Both the position numbers and the translations under genes were made by a program. From Candidatus Moraniibacteriota bacterium (GTDB lineage: Bacteria > Patescibacteriota > Minisyncoccia > Moranbacterales > UBA1568), in assembly GCA_963743885.1 (NCBI GenBank), contig CAVURJ010000001.1:204949-268948 (forward strand): a stretch of 64,000 nt of DNA, given 5' to 3'. Every line of letters begins with the position of its first letter. Position 1 is the first letter of the stretch. Under the pieces are notes generated by a model that was not told the origin of the DNA, made no database searches, and saw only the letters and a list, made by a program, of their open reading frames with translations. Positions 28,767 through 37,676 of this stretch are shown here, one piece after another.

Positions 28767-29486
28767 ATGATAGCTTCATTCTTCGATATCAATAACGTGT
28801 TCTTCACGCTCTGGGACTATCCTATGAGCTACCTCGAGTTCTTCGGGACGATATTCAATATCCTCTGCGTCTGGCTGACGACCCGGAAGAGCATCTGGAA
28901 CTGGCCGGTCGGCATCGCTGCGGTCATCCTCTTCGGCGTGCTGTTCTACCAGATTCAGCTGTACTCGGATTTCATCGAGCAGGTCTACTATCTCGCGACG
29001 GGCATCTGGGGTTGGATCGTCTGGAGCCGCGTACGTGAGCAGTCGGCCAAGAAGGGCAGACTGGCGTCTGATGTGAAGCCTGCGACTGCCGCGCAGTGGG
29101 CGATCGTGGGAGTGGTGCTCCTCTTCGGGACGCTCGCGCTCGGGGGACTGATGGCGCGGATCGATACCATATTTCCCGAGTGGTTCCCGGAAGCGGCTTC
29201 TTTCCCGTATCTCGATGCTTTCACGACGGTGGCGTCGTTCGCGGCGCAGGTACTGCTCATCCTCAAGGTCGTCGAGAACTGGTACCTCTGGATCGCGGTC
29301 GATATCATCGGCGTGTGGCTCTACTATGAGAAGGAAGTGAAATTCGTCTCCGTGCTCTATTTCATCTTCCTCATCCTGGCAACTAAGGGGCTGCTCTCGT
29401 GGAAGAAGGAGTCCAAGCAATCGGAAAGCGGGGAATCGGCGCCTGTTCTGGGTGAGCCAGAAAGAGAGGGGGTGCCGGCCATATGA
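28767..29486 (+). CDS. pnuC: Nicotinamide riboside transporter PnuC
   Basis: MSYLEFFG, WNWPVG, QLYSD, PYLDAFTT and ENWYLWIAVD. Confidence 0.9.
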   Translation: MIASFFDINNVFFTLWDYPMSYLEFFGTIFNILCVWLTTRKSIWNWPVGIAAVILFGVLFYQIQLYSDFIEQVYYLATGIWGWIVWSRVREQSAKKGRLASDVKPATAAQWAIVGVVLLFGTLALGGLMARIDTIFPEWFPEAASFPYLDAFTTVASFAAQVLLILKVVENWYLWIAVDIIGVWLYYEKEVKFVSVLYFIFLILATKGLLSWKKESKQSESGESAPVLGEPEREGVPAI

Positions 29487-30484
29487 AGCGAGGCATCGTT
29501 GTCGGGAAATTCTACCCGTTTCATACCGGGCATGCCTACCTCATTGAGGCGGCGCTCAAGGGGAGCGACCAGGTGACGGTGCTCGTCTGCGATCGCTCTG
29601 ACCAGGTCTTTCCAGGAGAGACGCGGGCGGAGTGGATCCGCGAGGTATTTCCCGGTATCGAGGTCCGCGTGATCCGCGATATCGGGCACGACGATGATTC
29701 CGAACTTTGGGCGCGCTATACGCTCGAGTTCCTGGGATATCGTCCGGATCTCGTGTTCACGTCCGAAGACTACGGTCCGGCGTATGCGAAGTTTCTTGGA
29801 GCGGAGCATGTCTCGGTCGATAGGCAACGAACGGTTGTCCCGATCTCGGGGACGGAGATTCGCAAGAATCCATATGCTGCTTGGGAGTACATGAGTGCGC
29901 CGGTACGGGCGAGTCTGGTCCGCCGCGTCGCGCTTGTCGGAGCGGAATCGACCGGTACTACGACGCTGTCACGGGCGCTCGCGGAGCACTTCCAGACTGC
30001 CTGGGTGCCGGAGTTTGGACGCTTCTATACTGAGGGCAAGCAGCTGTCAGGGACGCCATGGCAGACAGGAGAGTTCACCTTTATTGCTGATACGCAGAAC
30101 CGCATGGAAGAAGCGTATGCTCGGCAGGCGGACAGGGTCCTCTTCTGCGATACCAATGCCTGGGCGACGCGACTGTGGCATGAGCGCTACATGGGATCGC
30201 TTGATCCGTCGGTCGACGCACTCGCTCGAGGTCGCCGCTATGATTTGGTTATCCTGACTGGCGATGAGATCCCCTTCGTGGATGATGGCATGCGCGACGG
30301 CGAGCATATCCGCCATGCGATGCAGGCGCGTTTTCGCGAGATGCTTGAGCAGGAAGGCATACAGTATATAGAAGTATCCGGCAGTATTGAGGAGCGCCTA
30401 GCACAGGCGATCCCGGCGTGCGAGCAGCTCCTCTCGGATGGAAGCGATGTCTTCGCGGGGCTGCCGAGGATCGCGGGTGTATGA
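29483..30484 (+). CDS. nadR: NadR-like bifunctional NMN adenylyltransferase / ribosylnicotinamide kinase (no HTH)
   Basis: GKFYPFHTGH and ISGTEIR; GAESTGTTTL, WVPEFGR, CDT and PFVDDGMR. Confidence 0.85.
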   Translation: MKRGIVVGKFYPFHTGHAYLIEAALKGSDQVTVLVCDRSDQVFPGETRAEWIREVFPGIEVRVIRDIGHDDDSELWARYTLEFLGYRPDLVFTSEDYGPAYAKFLGAEHVSVDRQRTVVPISGTEIRKNPYAAWEYMSAPVRASLVRRVALVGAESTGTTTLSRALAEHFQTAWVPEFGRFYTEGKQLSGTPWQTGEFTFIADTQNRMEEAYARQADRVLFCDTNAWATRLWHERYMGSLDPSVDALARGRRYDLVILTGDEIPFVDDGMRDGEHIRHAMQARFREMLEQEGIQYIEVSGSIEERLAQAIPACEQLLSDGSDVFAGLPRIAGV

Positions 30485-30543
30485 TTGACACTTATAGCTG
30501 CGGGCGTATACTGGAAGCGGACAATTCATCAAACTTCTCTCCT

Positions 30544-31230
30544 ATGGCAATACGCAAACAGTCGCCTATCGTAAAGATCGTTAGCCCGGCCGTCGCGGTG
30601 GACACACTTATCTTTTCTGTCATCCGCGGCAAGCTGCGCGTGCTTCTGATCCAGATCGCCACGGGGCCGTATACCAAGAAGTGGGCGCTGCCGGGTGGGC
30701 TGGTCATGATGAATGAGTCGCTCGAAGAGGCAGCCGAGCGCGTGCTCTCTGAGAAGGCGGGCGTCGACGGTATCTATCTTGAGCAGCTCGCGACCTTCGG
30801 TGACCCGGAGCGCGATATGCGCGTTCGGAGCATCGCCGTGGCCTATTCGGCCTTGGTGAATAGCGACGAGTTCGCGCCTAAGACGAATGAATACTATTCT
30901 GATATCGCCTGGCACGATGTTGACCATCTGCCGCCGCTCGCCTTTGACCATCGCGAGATCATCGCGTACGGACGCCGCCGTCTCGAGAACAAGCTCGGCT
31001 ATTCCAACATCGCCTACGCGCTCCTGCCGAAGGAGTTCACCCTCTCCGAGCTCCAGACAGTCTACGAGACCATCCTCGGCCGGACCATCGACAAGCGCAA
31101 TTTCCGCAAAAAGATCAGCGATATCAAGCTGGTCAAGGAGACCGGCAAGGTGCGGCGCGACGGCCCGAGCCGCCCGGCCAAGCTCTACACTTTCTCCGAC
31201 CGCAAGCTCAAGATCGTTGACGTGCTCTGA
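30544..31230 (+). CDS. nrtR: NrtR Nudix-related transcriptional regulator
   Basis: AVDTLIF, WALPGG, YLEQLATFGDP.RD and LAFDH; wHTH with FTLSELQTVYE..DKRNFRKK..RPAKLY. Confidence 0.9.
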   Translation: MAIRKQSPIVKIVSPAVAVDTLIFSVIRGKLRVLLIQIATGPYTKKWALPGGLVMMNESLEEAAERVLSEKAGVDGIYLEQLATFGDPERDMRVRSIAVAYSALVNSDEFAPKTNEYYSDIAWHDVDHLPPLAFDHREIIAYGRRRLENKLGYSNIAYALLPKEFTLSELQTVYETILGRTIDKRNFRKKISDIKLVKETGKVRRDGPSRPAKLYTFSDRKLKIVDVL

Positions 31231-31291
31231 AAGAATAGAGAGAAAAAACGAGGCAGATTGCCTCGTTTTTTGTTTCTTTATCCTGTACCCC

Positions 31292-32275
31292 TTACTCCTT
31301 ATCCTCTTGTTTTCGTTTCCCGTGGAAGCTCTTGTGGATCTCCTTGAGTCGTTCGTTGGTGATGTGGGTGTAGATCTGGGTGGTGGTGATGGAGGCGTGG
31401 CCGAGCATGGACTGGACCGATCGGATATCCGCACCGTTGACGAGGAGGTCGGTCGCGAAGGAATGGCGGAGTGTGTGCGGGTGCACGTCCTTTACAATGC
31501 CGGCTTTCTTGGCGTAGTGCTTCACGATGCGGGCGATGCTCCGCGGCGTGAGGCGGAGTGATTCGCGCTTGGCGTTCTTTTTGTTGACCAGTCCTTTCTT
31601 GCCGTGCGAGACGAAGAGCGCTGGATCGACATCCTGGCGCTGGTTGAGGTAGGCGGAGAGGGCGGCCTTGGCGGACGCCGAGATGAAGACGATGCGGAGT
31701 TTGGAGCCTTTGCCGCGGACGCTGAACTCCTCCTTGTCGAGGTTGAGGTGGGCACGGTCGAGCCCGGTCAGCTCGGAGACGCGGAGGCCAGCAGAGAAGA
31801 GAAGCTCGAGGATGGCCCGGTCACGGAGCGCTTTGACGGTATTGCCTTCTGTTGCGGTCATGAGGCGCTCGACCTCGTCGTATTCGAGGAAGTCTACCTG
31901 TCGATCCGGCATCTTGCCGACCTCGACCTTCTCGGCGGCTAGGGTCTTCACATCCTGCTTGGCCAGGTACTTGAGGAAGGTGCGGATGACGATGGCGTGG
32001 TAGGCCTGAGTGTTCTTTTTGAGGGTAGTGCCAAAGCGGGTGGGCTTGCGGTTGAGGTGGATGCGGTATTCCCGGACCCGGTCGGCCGTAATATCAGACG
32101 GTGTGGTGAGTGGGCCCCAGTCAAAAAAGAATCGGAGCGCCTGGCCGTAGCTCGCGAGCGTCCGCGGGGAGCGGGAAAGCTCGATCTCGAGGTGCTCGAG
32201 GAAGCGCTTGGCGTATTCTTCAAGCTCGTTCTTCGGTTTTTCGAATGGGGGCATAGCGGCTACATTATGAGACAT
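31292..32275 (-). CDS. XerC/XerD-type tyrosine recombinase
   Basis: RDRAILELLFSAGLRVSEL, GKGSK, HPHTLRHSFATDLL and LGHASITTTQIYTH. Confidence 0.9.
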   Translation of the reverse strand: MSHNVAAMPPFEKPKNELEEYAKRFLEHLEIELSRSPRTLASYGQALRFFFDWGPLTTPSDITADRVREYRIHLNRKPTRFGTTLKKNTQAYHAIVIRTFLKYLAKQDVKTLAAEKVEVGKMPDRQVDFLEYDEVERLMTATEGNTVKALRDRAILELLFSAGLRVSELTGLDRAHLNLDKEEFSVRGKGSKLRIVFISASAKAALSAYLNQRQDVDPALFVSHGKKGLVNKKNAKRESLRLTPRSIARIVKHYAKKAGIVKDVHPHTLRHSFATDLLVNGADIRSVQSMLGHASITTTQIYTHITNERLKEIHKSFHGKRKQEDKE

Positions 32276-32300
32276 TAGAATTGTAACATACCCTTTTTTA

Positions 32301-32364
32301 TTACTAAACGTAGCGAGCGAAATGAGAGCTTGTTCTCATTTCCGAGCGCAGTGCAAGTAAAAAC
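32301..32364. repeat. ~65-bp structured repeat, copy 2
   Basis: Related to 3940-4004 and 46577-46642. Confidence 0.75.
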
Positions 32365-32503
32365 AGGTGCTCCCCGAGGCTGGCCTCGGAACAGGCAAGC
32401 TTTGCTTGTTTGTGCTGCGGAATCCCCGCAGCTGGACACCTGTTATACACAAAAATAAAGGCTTTTTTTAGGCAAAATAATTGGAAAATCACCATTTTTA
32501 TGA

Positions 32504-32532
32504 TTGACGGAAAGGTTGGCCCGCGCTATACT
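32504..32532 (+). promoter_or_regulatory. sigma70 promoter of the LysM-CHAP gene
   Basis: TTGACG-17 bp-TATACT. Confidence 0.65.
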
Positions 32533-32635
32533 GACCTTTGTAAAAATTAGGGCAAAGACCCCATGGGTGTTTCCAGGAGCCTGGCTCGCAGGCGGAACTC
32601 CCCAGGGCTTTGACCGATTGAAAGGCGAGAGTCTT

Positions 32636-33895
32636 ATAGACACTCAACCGACATTCTTCCAGAAGATCGCCGCTCGGGTGCGTTCGCGCTTCGTCTGTGC
32701 TGCGGGATCTGAAGAAAAGAGGAGTCTTGCGTGCCGATTGCATGATCTGCACACCCGGATTCACCATATCCAGAGCCAGACCCTCCAGTTCATCAAGGAA
32801 GCTTCTGGATACCGCGTCGTACGCGTGTTCCGCAGCTACTCCGCTTTCTCCATAGTCGCGTCGAGTGCCCTCCTGGTCTCCGCGAGTAACTTTTCGCAGG
32901 AAAACGGCGCCCCTGGGTTGCTTTCCGGCTACGCCGACGGCGCCCAAGCCGCCGAAGCGCCGGTCAAGCATCGTATCGCTGCCCAGGTCAGTCGCAAGGA
33001 CAACCTCTCTTTCGTGCCGCTCGCGAGCGCGACCAATGCCGTCGATCCGGAAGCCAAGGATGAGTCGACCCTCTTCGATATCCAGAGCCCCGCTTCGCTT
33101 GATCCGCTCGCTCTTTCGGCCTGGTCGGGCAGCTATCCGAAGGATGGTGAGGACAGCAATGATGTGAAGATCTATACCGTCGTCTCGGGCGATACCGTCT
33201 CGGGCGTCGCGACGAAGTTTGGGATTACGGTCAATACCATCCTCTGGGCGAACGACATCGATAATGTTGATTCTATCAAGCCGGGCGATCAGATATTCAT
33301 CCTGCCGGTGGCTGGCCTTTCGCATACCATATCATCTGGCGATACGATCGATAGTATCGCGACCAAGTACAAGGCGGACAAAGAAAAGATTATTTCCTTC
33401 AATGGCTTGCCGGCCAACGGTGAGCTGCGCGTGGGCGACAGCATCATGATTCCGGATGGCAAGAAGGATGAGCTGGTCCGGACGATCGCTCCGGCAGCTG
33501 GCCTCGAGCGGCGCCAGTATGCTACCTCGACCGGTGGTACCGCGTCCGATGTCTCTGGTTACAAGAAGCTCGACGGCAGAGCGGGCACAGGCCATCGCTT
33601 CCCGTTCGGCTGGTGTACGTGGTACGTGGCGCAGAAGCGTTATGTGCCGTGGGGCGGCAATGCTGGTACCTGGCTCTATCATGCCAAGTCTATGGGTTAC
33701 AAGACGGGCCGCGCTCCAGCTGTCGGTGCTATTATGGTGACGACCGAGGATCGTCGCTATGGTCATGTCGCGCTCGTTGAGAAGGTGAGTGGTGATACGA
33801 TCACTGTGAGTGAGATGAACTATGTGAAGTGGGGCAAGGTCAATCGCCGCACGCTTTCGGCTTCGAGCCGGGCAATCAAGGGATTCATTTACTAG
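32636..33895 (+). CDS. LysM (x2) plus CHAP domain peptidoglycan hydrolase; start uncertain (possible ATA)
   Basis: YTVVSGDTVSGVA..FGITVNTILWAN, second LysM, GWCTWYVA..WGGNAGTW..YGHVALVE..VSEMNY. Confidence 0.85.
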   Translation: MDTQPTFFQKIAARVRSRFVCAAGSEEKRSLACRLHDLHTRIHHIQSQTLQFIKEASGYRVVRVFRSYSAFSIVASSALLVSASNFSQENGAPGLLSGYADGAQAAEAPVKHRIAAQVSRKDNLSFVPLASATNAVDPEAKDESTLFDIQSPASLDPLALSAWSGSYPKDGEDSNDVKIYTVVSGDTVSGVATKFGITVNTILWANDIDNVDSIKPGDQIFILPVAGLSHTISSGDTIDSIATKYKADKEKIISFNGLPANGELRVGDSIMIPDGKKDELVRTIAPAAGLERRQYATSTGGTASDVSGYKKLDGRAGTGHRFPFGWCTWYVAQKRYVPWGGNAGTWLYHAKSMGYKTGRAPAVGAIMVTTEDRRYGHVALVEKVSGDTITVSEMNYVKWGKVNRRTLSASSRAIKGFIY

Positions 33896-33937
33896 CTGGT
33901 AGCTTGTTAGCTTCCCTAGCTTCGTTAGCATGAAAGG

Positions 33938-33963
33938 ACAGGTTCGGAAGAGCCTGTTTTTTG
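33938..33963 (+). terminator. Terminator, duplicated at 34939-34964
   Basis: acaggttcggaagagcctgttttttg is identical in both places. Confidence 0.8.
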
Positions 33964-34014
33964 CTTGTAAAAAATGAAAAAATGTGCTATATTGGCAGTA
34001 TATCCAAGAAAAAT

Positions 34015-34284
34015 ATGGCTCAAATAAGCGCTCTCAATCAGTTTATCCAGTCTCGTCCGTACCTCGTATGGTATGTGAAGGATGTGGAGAATATTTCGGA
34101 GGATTCCGTTGTTGAACACGTGCTCAATTATGGCGATTGGAAGGATTTCCAAGAGTTGATTCGTATCATCGGCATCGAACGCGTCGCGCGGGACTTCCGG
34201 CAGCGGGCCGATGTGCCGCGGACGAATTATCGTCCAGAGATCAAAAATCTCTTCCAGCTGTATTTTGATCGCTATGCTGCATAA
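34015..34284 (+). CDS. Small antitoxin-like protein (DUF6922-like)
   Basis: LVWYV....S..VVEHVLNYGDW; overlaps the downstream nucleotidyltransferase. Confidence 0.65.
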   Translation: MAQISALNQFIQSRPYLVWYVKDVENISEDSVVEHVLNYGDWKDFQELIRIIGIERVARDFRQRADVPRTNYRPEIKNLFQLYFDRYAA

Positions 34285-34891
34285 AGAAATCCTCTCTCAG
34301 GCTCAAGAGAGGCTACTACCGCTTGTGAGGGGCGTTGGCCAGGGGTTTGCGCTCTGTGGTGGTACGTCAATCGCGCTTCATATCGGACATCGTGCGTCTA
34401 TTGATTTTGATTTGTTCACTTCTGAAGAGCTCAATATCAACACGCTTCGCCGGAAACTTTCTGAAGCCGACAAAAACTTCGCTGTTCTCGTGAAGAGTGA
34501 AGACGAATATACGGTAGCGGTGAAGGGCGTCAAGATTACTTTTCTTCGCTACCCGTTTCCATTTGAAGGATCTATGTGGCTAGATGACGTCATTCAAGTA
34601 CCAGATTTGCTTTCTTTGGCGGCGATGAAGGCGTATGCGCTTGGTCGGCGTTCAAAATGGAAGGACTACGTCGACCTATATTTCATACTTTCTAAATACC
34701 ATTCTTTACGGGAAGTGGCGGACAGAGCCGCCCAGATGTTTGGTAACGAATTCAACGAAAAGATTTTTCGGGCGGCGTTGGCGTATTTTGATGATATCGA
34801 TTATTCGGAAGCGGTCATCTTTCAGTCAGGATTTGAGGTTAGCGATGAAGCGGTTCGCGCGGCACTCAAAGACGTGAGTACAGGGGAGTAG
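34274..34891 (+). CDS. AbiEii/AbiGii-family nucleotidyltransferase toxin
   Basis: LCGGTSIALHIGHRASIDFDLF and AMKAYALGRRSKWKDYVDLYF. Confidence 0.85.
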   Translation: MLHKEILSQAQERLLPLVRGVGQGFALCGGTSIALHIGHRASIDFDLFTSEELNINTLRRKLSEADKNFAVLVKSEDEYTVAVKGVKITFLRYPFPFEGSMWLDDVIQVPDLLSLAAMKAYALGRRSKWKDYVDLYFILSKYHSLREVADRAAQMFGNEFNEKIFRAALAYFDDIDYSEAVIFQSGFEVSDEAVRAALKDVSTGE

Positions 34892-34938
34892 CCATGAGGA
34901 GAAGATGTAAGAGGAAAGACGCAAGAGACAAGAGAAGA

Positions 34939-34964
34939 ACAGGTTCGGAAGAGCCTGTTTTTTG
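34939..34964 (+). terminator. Terminator, duplicate of 33938-33963
   Basis: 26-bp exact repeat. Confidence 0.8.
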
Positions 34965-35094
34965 ATTTATATAAGCCAAAATATAATAAATACCCTTGAC
35001 AAAAACGGGAAAAAGGAGTATGATGGTGGTAGAAGTGGTTTTGTTAACAATCTGGAATTTTCCAACTTTCCGGCCAATGGCCAAGGAGCGCATC

Positions 35095-35490
35095 ATGAAA
35101 AACGTCATCAGCATGCTCATTGCGGCTCTGGCGGCCGCTTTCATCGCTTTTCCTGTTTCGGCTGGTGAGTCACAGTACGATGGGCTCAGCAAGGAGGAAT
35201 ACGTCGCCAAATACCATCCGAATAACGCGTACTGCGGCGGCCTGTCGCAACGTCTCAGGCAGACGTATGGGAACAATATCCCGTCCGGCCAGCAGGAGAT
35301 GTTGGCAAAGTGCGCCAAGGCGAAGCAGCTTTATGCACAACAGCAAACGCTTCGAGTGCAGAAGGTGTCGGATCAGAAGGATCCGGGGTATGCTGCTAGG
35401 CTTGAAGAGGCTCGCAAGATTCAATGTGCATTGACTGAGGATTTTCGCAAAATGTACCATGTCAACTCCCGTGGATGTAAAGGGCTTTGA
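35095..35490 (+). CDS. Small secreted protein with four cysteines
   Basis: RBS AAGGAG; signal peptide MKNVISMLIAALAAAFIAFPVSA. Confidence 0.65.
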   Translation: MKNVISMLIAALAAAFIAFPVSAGESQYDGLSKEEYVAKYHPNNAYCGGLSQRLRQTYGNNIPSGQQEMLAKCAKAKQLYAQQQTLRVQKVSDQKDPGYAARLEEARKIQCALTEDFRKMYHVNSRGCKGL

Positions 35491-35677
35491 TCATGAGCGG
35501 TTGACGGGCATTCCAGGATGGAGTGCCCGTTTTTTCATGCGTCAAATACAGCGCGAGTATATGGACTGGTACTAGAGCACAGCTTGTCTGGAGGGGGCAG
35601 CTGTTTTTTTTATCGCTTCATGGTATACTGCATATCGTATGCATCCATTATGACTCCTTTTACGGAGCCATAGCTCT

Positions 35678-37669
35678 ATGGTACGGAAAACAGGCACCAA
35701 CACGACAGCATCCTTCGGCATGCGCGCGGCTGCGCTGTTCTTTTTCGTACTGCTTCTTTCTGGGATGGCGGGGACTGTCCAGGCCGCGCCATTTACTTTC
35801 GGGGACATGTTGACTGGCGGGGCAGATACTACATCGATGTTCAGTGATGTCGGCGACGGATTGCTGACAGCGTTCAAGTGGTTGATCTACGGCGTCTTCT
35901 CTTTCTGCGGGCTCCTCGTCGGTGCTGCTATGACCATTTTTGGTCTGCTTACCCGCCCAGAGCTCTTCCAGGTCTTGAATGGCAGTGGTATCTATCAGAT
36001 GTGGCAGTTCATCCGCGACTTCTTCAACCTCTTCTTCATCCTGACCCTGCTTTATATCGCCTTTACGATCATCTTCCAGGTGGCCAAGGATTACAAGAAG
36101 GCGCTGCTCAATCTGGTGATCATGGCGCTTCTCGTCAACTTCAGTTTTCCTATCTCGCGCTTCCTCATCGATGCGGGCAATGTGCCGATGTATTTCTTCG
36201 CTAGCCAGATCAGCGATCGCGGTCCGGCTGTGGGGATGGCTGCTATTTTTAGTTCGACCAAGCTGCAGAATATCCTTATTCGCGGCAAAGCGGGTGATAC
36301 CGAGGTGACGTTCGACGATGTCAAGGGGGGCGAGGTGACGCGCCTCATCGCGGCGACGGTCTTCCTCTTCCTGCTTGCTATCACGCTTCTCGTCCTTGCG
36401 GTCATGTTCATCATCCGCTTCGCTGTACTTGTCATTCTTGTCATCTTTTCTCCGGTCGGTTTTGCTGGGACAGTCATTCCTGGTATGCAGAAGTACGCGA
36501 GTCAGTGGTGGGAGAGTTTCACTCAGTATGTGGTCTACGGCCCGGCGGCCATGCTCATGGTGTTGGTCGCGATCCGGTTCTTTTCGGCATTGTCGGCAGA
36601 AAGCGGATTCGAAGTGTTGGTACAAGAATCGGCTAGCGCAACAAATGTCGGAGGTATGACTGGTTTCATATCTTCTGTCGCGACGTTTTCTATTCCAATC
36701 GTCGTGCTCTGGATCGCAATCGGGCTCTCGAACAAGATGTCGATGTTCGGTTCGGCCGCGGTCGTCGGTGCAGGACTTGGCGCTGTCGCTTGGACGAAGA
36801 AGAAGGCGATCGGCGGTGCCAAGTGGGCAGCATACAGGAATCCAGTCGCTCGTGGCGTAGGATCTGGCGTAAAGGATCGTTTCAATTCCACTTGGCTTGG
36901 CAAGACGCTGAAGAGTCCGAGTTGGACGGAGGCTGCTGCGAAGGGCGCCGTCCTTAAGGGCAAGGGCACCATCCAGGGCGAGCTTGATGGCCGGCATAAG
37001 AAGATGGTGGCTGATCGCGTGGCTGAGGATAAGAAGAATGGCGTCAGCAATTCGGCGCACAGAGAGAACCTCAAGACGATGTCCAATGATCCGGTCACAC
37101 GCGAGGCGTCTGCACTCGCGCTCGCGAGCGAGAAGGAGCTCCGCTCATCTGAAGACCTCTTGCTTGCGGCTCAGGTGCTCGCTAAGAACCCGGACGGGCT
37201 CATCAAGGCGATCGAAAATGCTCGGCCAGAGACGGTCGGCAAGATGGATCAGAAAACCTATGGCGAGATGCTCAAGTCTGTCTCTGCCAATCCTGATGCC
37301 GTGGCTGCGCTTGATGGCAGGATGAAGAAGGAGGGCAATATCAAAGTGAAGATGGATTATGAGATAGCTGCTGCTGGTGGCGATGGCCAGAAGATAGCTG
37401 GAGTCTATGAGAAGAATCTCGGTATGAACGCTGATGACTTTGCCAAGCAGGGCAGTATCCATGAAGCTATCGGGAAGGATGCTGGCCTGACGGAGTATCT
37501 GAAGAAGCGTGTCGGCGATGATAAGGATTTCTATCAGGAAGCGCTCAAGAAGATGAAGACAGGCGAGGGCCGCGAGAAGATGAGAACGCTTGTGGGAGCG
37601 GGTTCTAGCCAGGGATCGGCGGGCGTCCGTGACAAGATGAAACAGGTGAAGAGTGAAAATGCCCGATAG
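35678..37669 (+). CDS. Polytopic membrane protein, VirB6/TrbL-like
   Basis: W.FIRDFFNLFFI, ALLVNFS..ISRFLIDA and multiple TMs; upstream of prgI/virB4. Confidence 0.65.
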   Translation: MVRKTGTNTTASFGMRAAALFFFVLLLSGMAGTVQAAPFTFGDMLTGGADTTSMFSDVGDGLLTAFKWLIYGVFSFCGLLVGAAMTIFGLLTRPELFQVLNGSGIYQMWQFIRDFFNLFFILTLLYIAFTIIFQVAKDYKKALLNLVIMALLVNFSFPISRFLIDAGNVPMYFFASQISDRGPAVGMAAIFSSTKLQNILIRGKAGDTEVTFDDVKGGEVTRLIAATVFLFLLAITLLVLAVMFIIRFAVLVILVIFSPVGFAGTVIPGMQKYASQWWESFTQYVVYGPAAMLMVLVAIRFFSALSAESGFEVLVQESASATNVGGMTGFISSVATFSIPIVVLWIAIGLSNKMSMFGSAAVVGAGLGAVAWTKKKAIGGAKWAAYRNPVARGVGSGVKDRFNSTWLGKTLKSPSWTEAAAKGAVLKGKGTIQGELDGRHKKMVADRVAEDKKNGVSNSAHRENLKTMSNDPVTREASALALASEKELRSSEDLLLAAQVLAKNPDGLIKAIENARPETVGKMDQKTYGEMLKSVSANPDAVAALDGRMKKEGNIKVKMDYEIAAAGGDGQKIAGVYEKNLGMNADDFAKQGSIHEAIGKDAGLTEYLKKRVGDDKDFYQEALKKMKTGEGREKMRTLVGAGSSQGSAGVRDKMKQVKSENAR

Positions 37670-37676
37670 GTACAGT

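Noticed and set aside
31292-32275. Integron integrase serving the 19-24 kb cassette array
   Set aside because: It looks like a housekeeping Xer, lies 7 kb from the array, and no attI/attC motifs are visible
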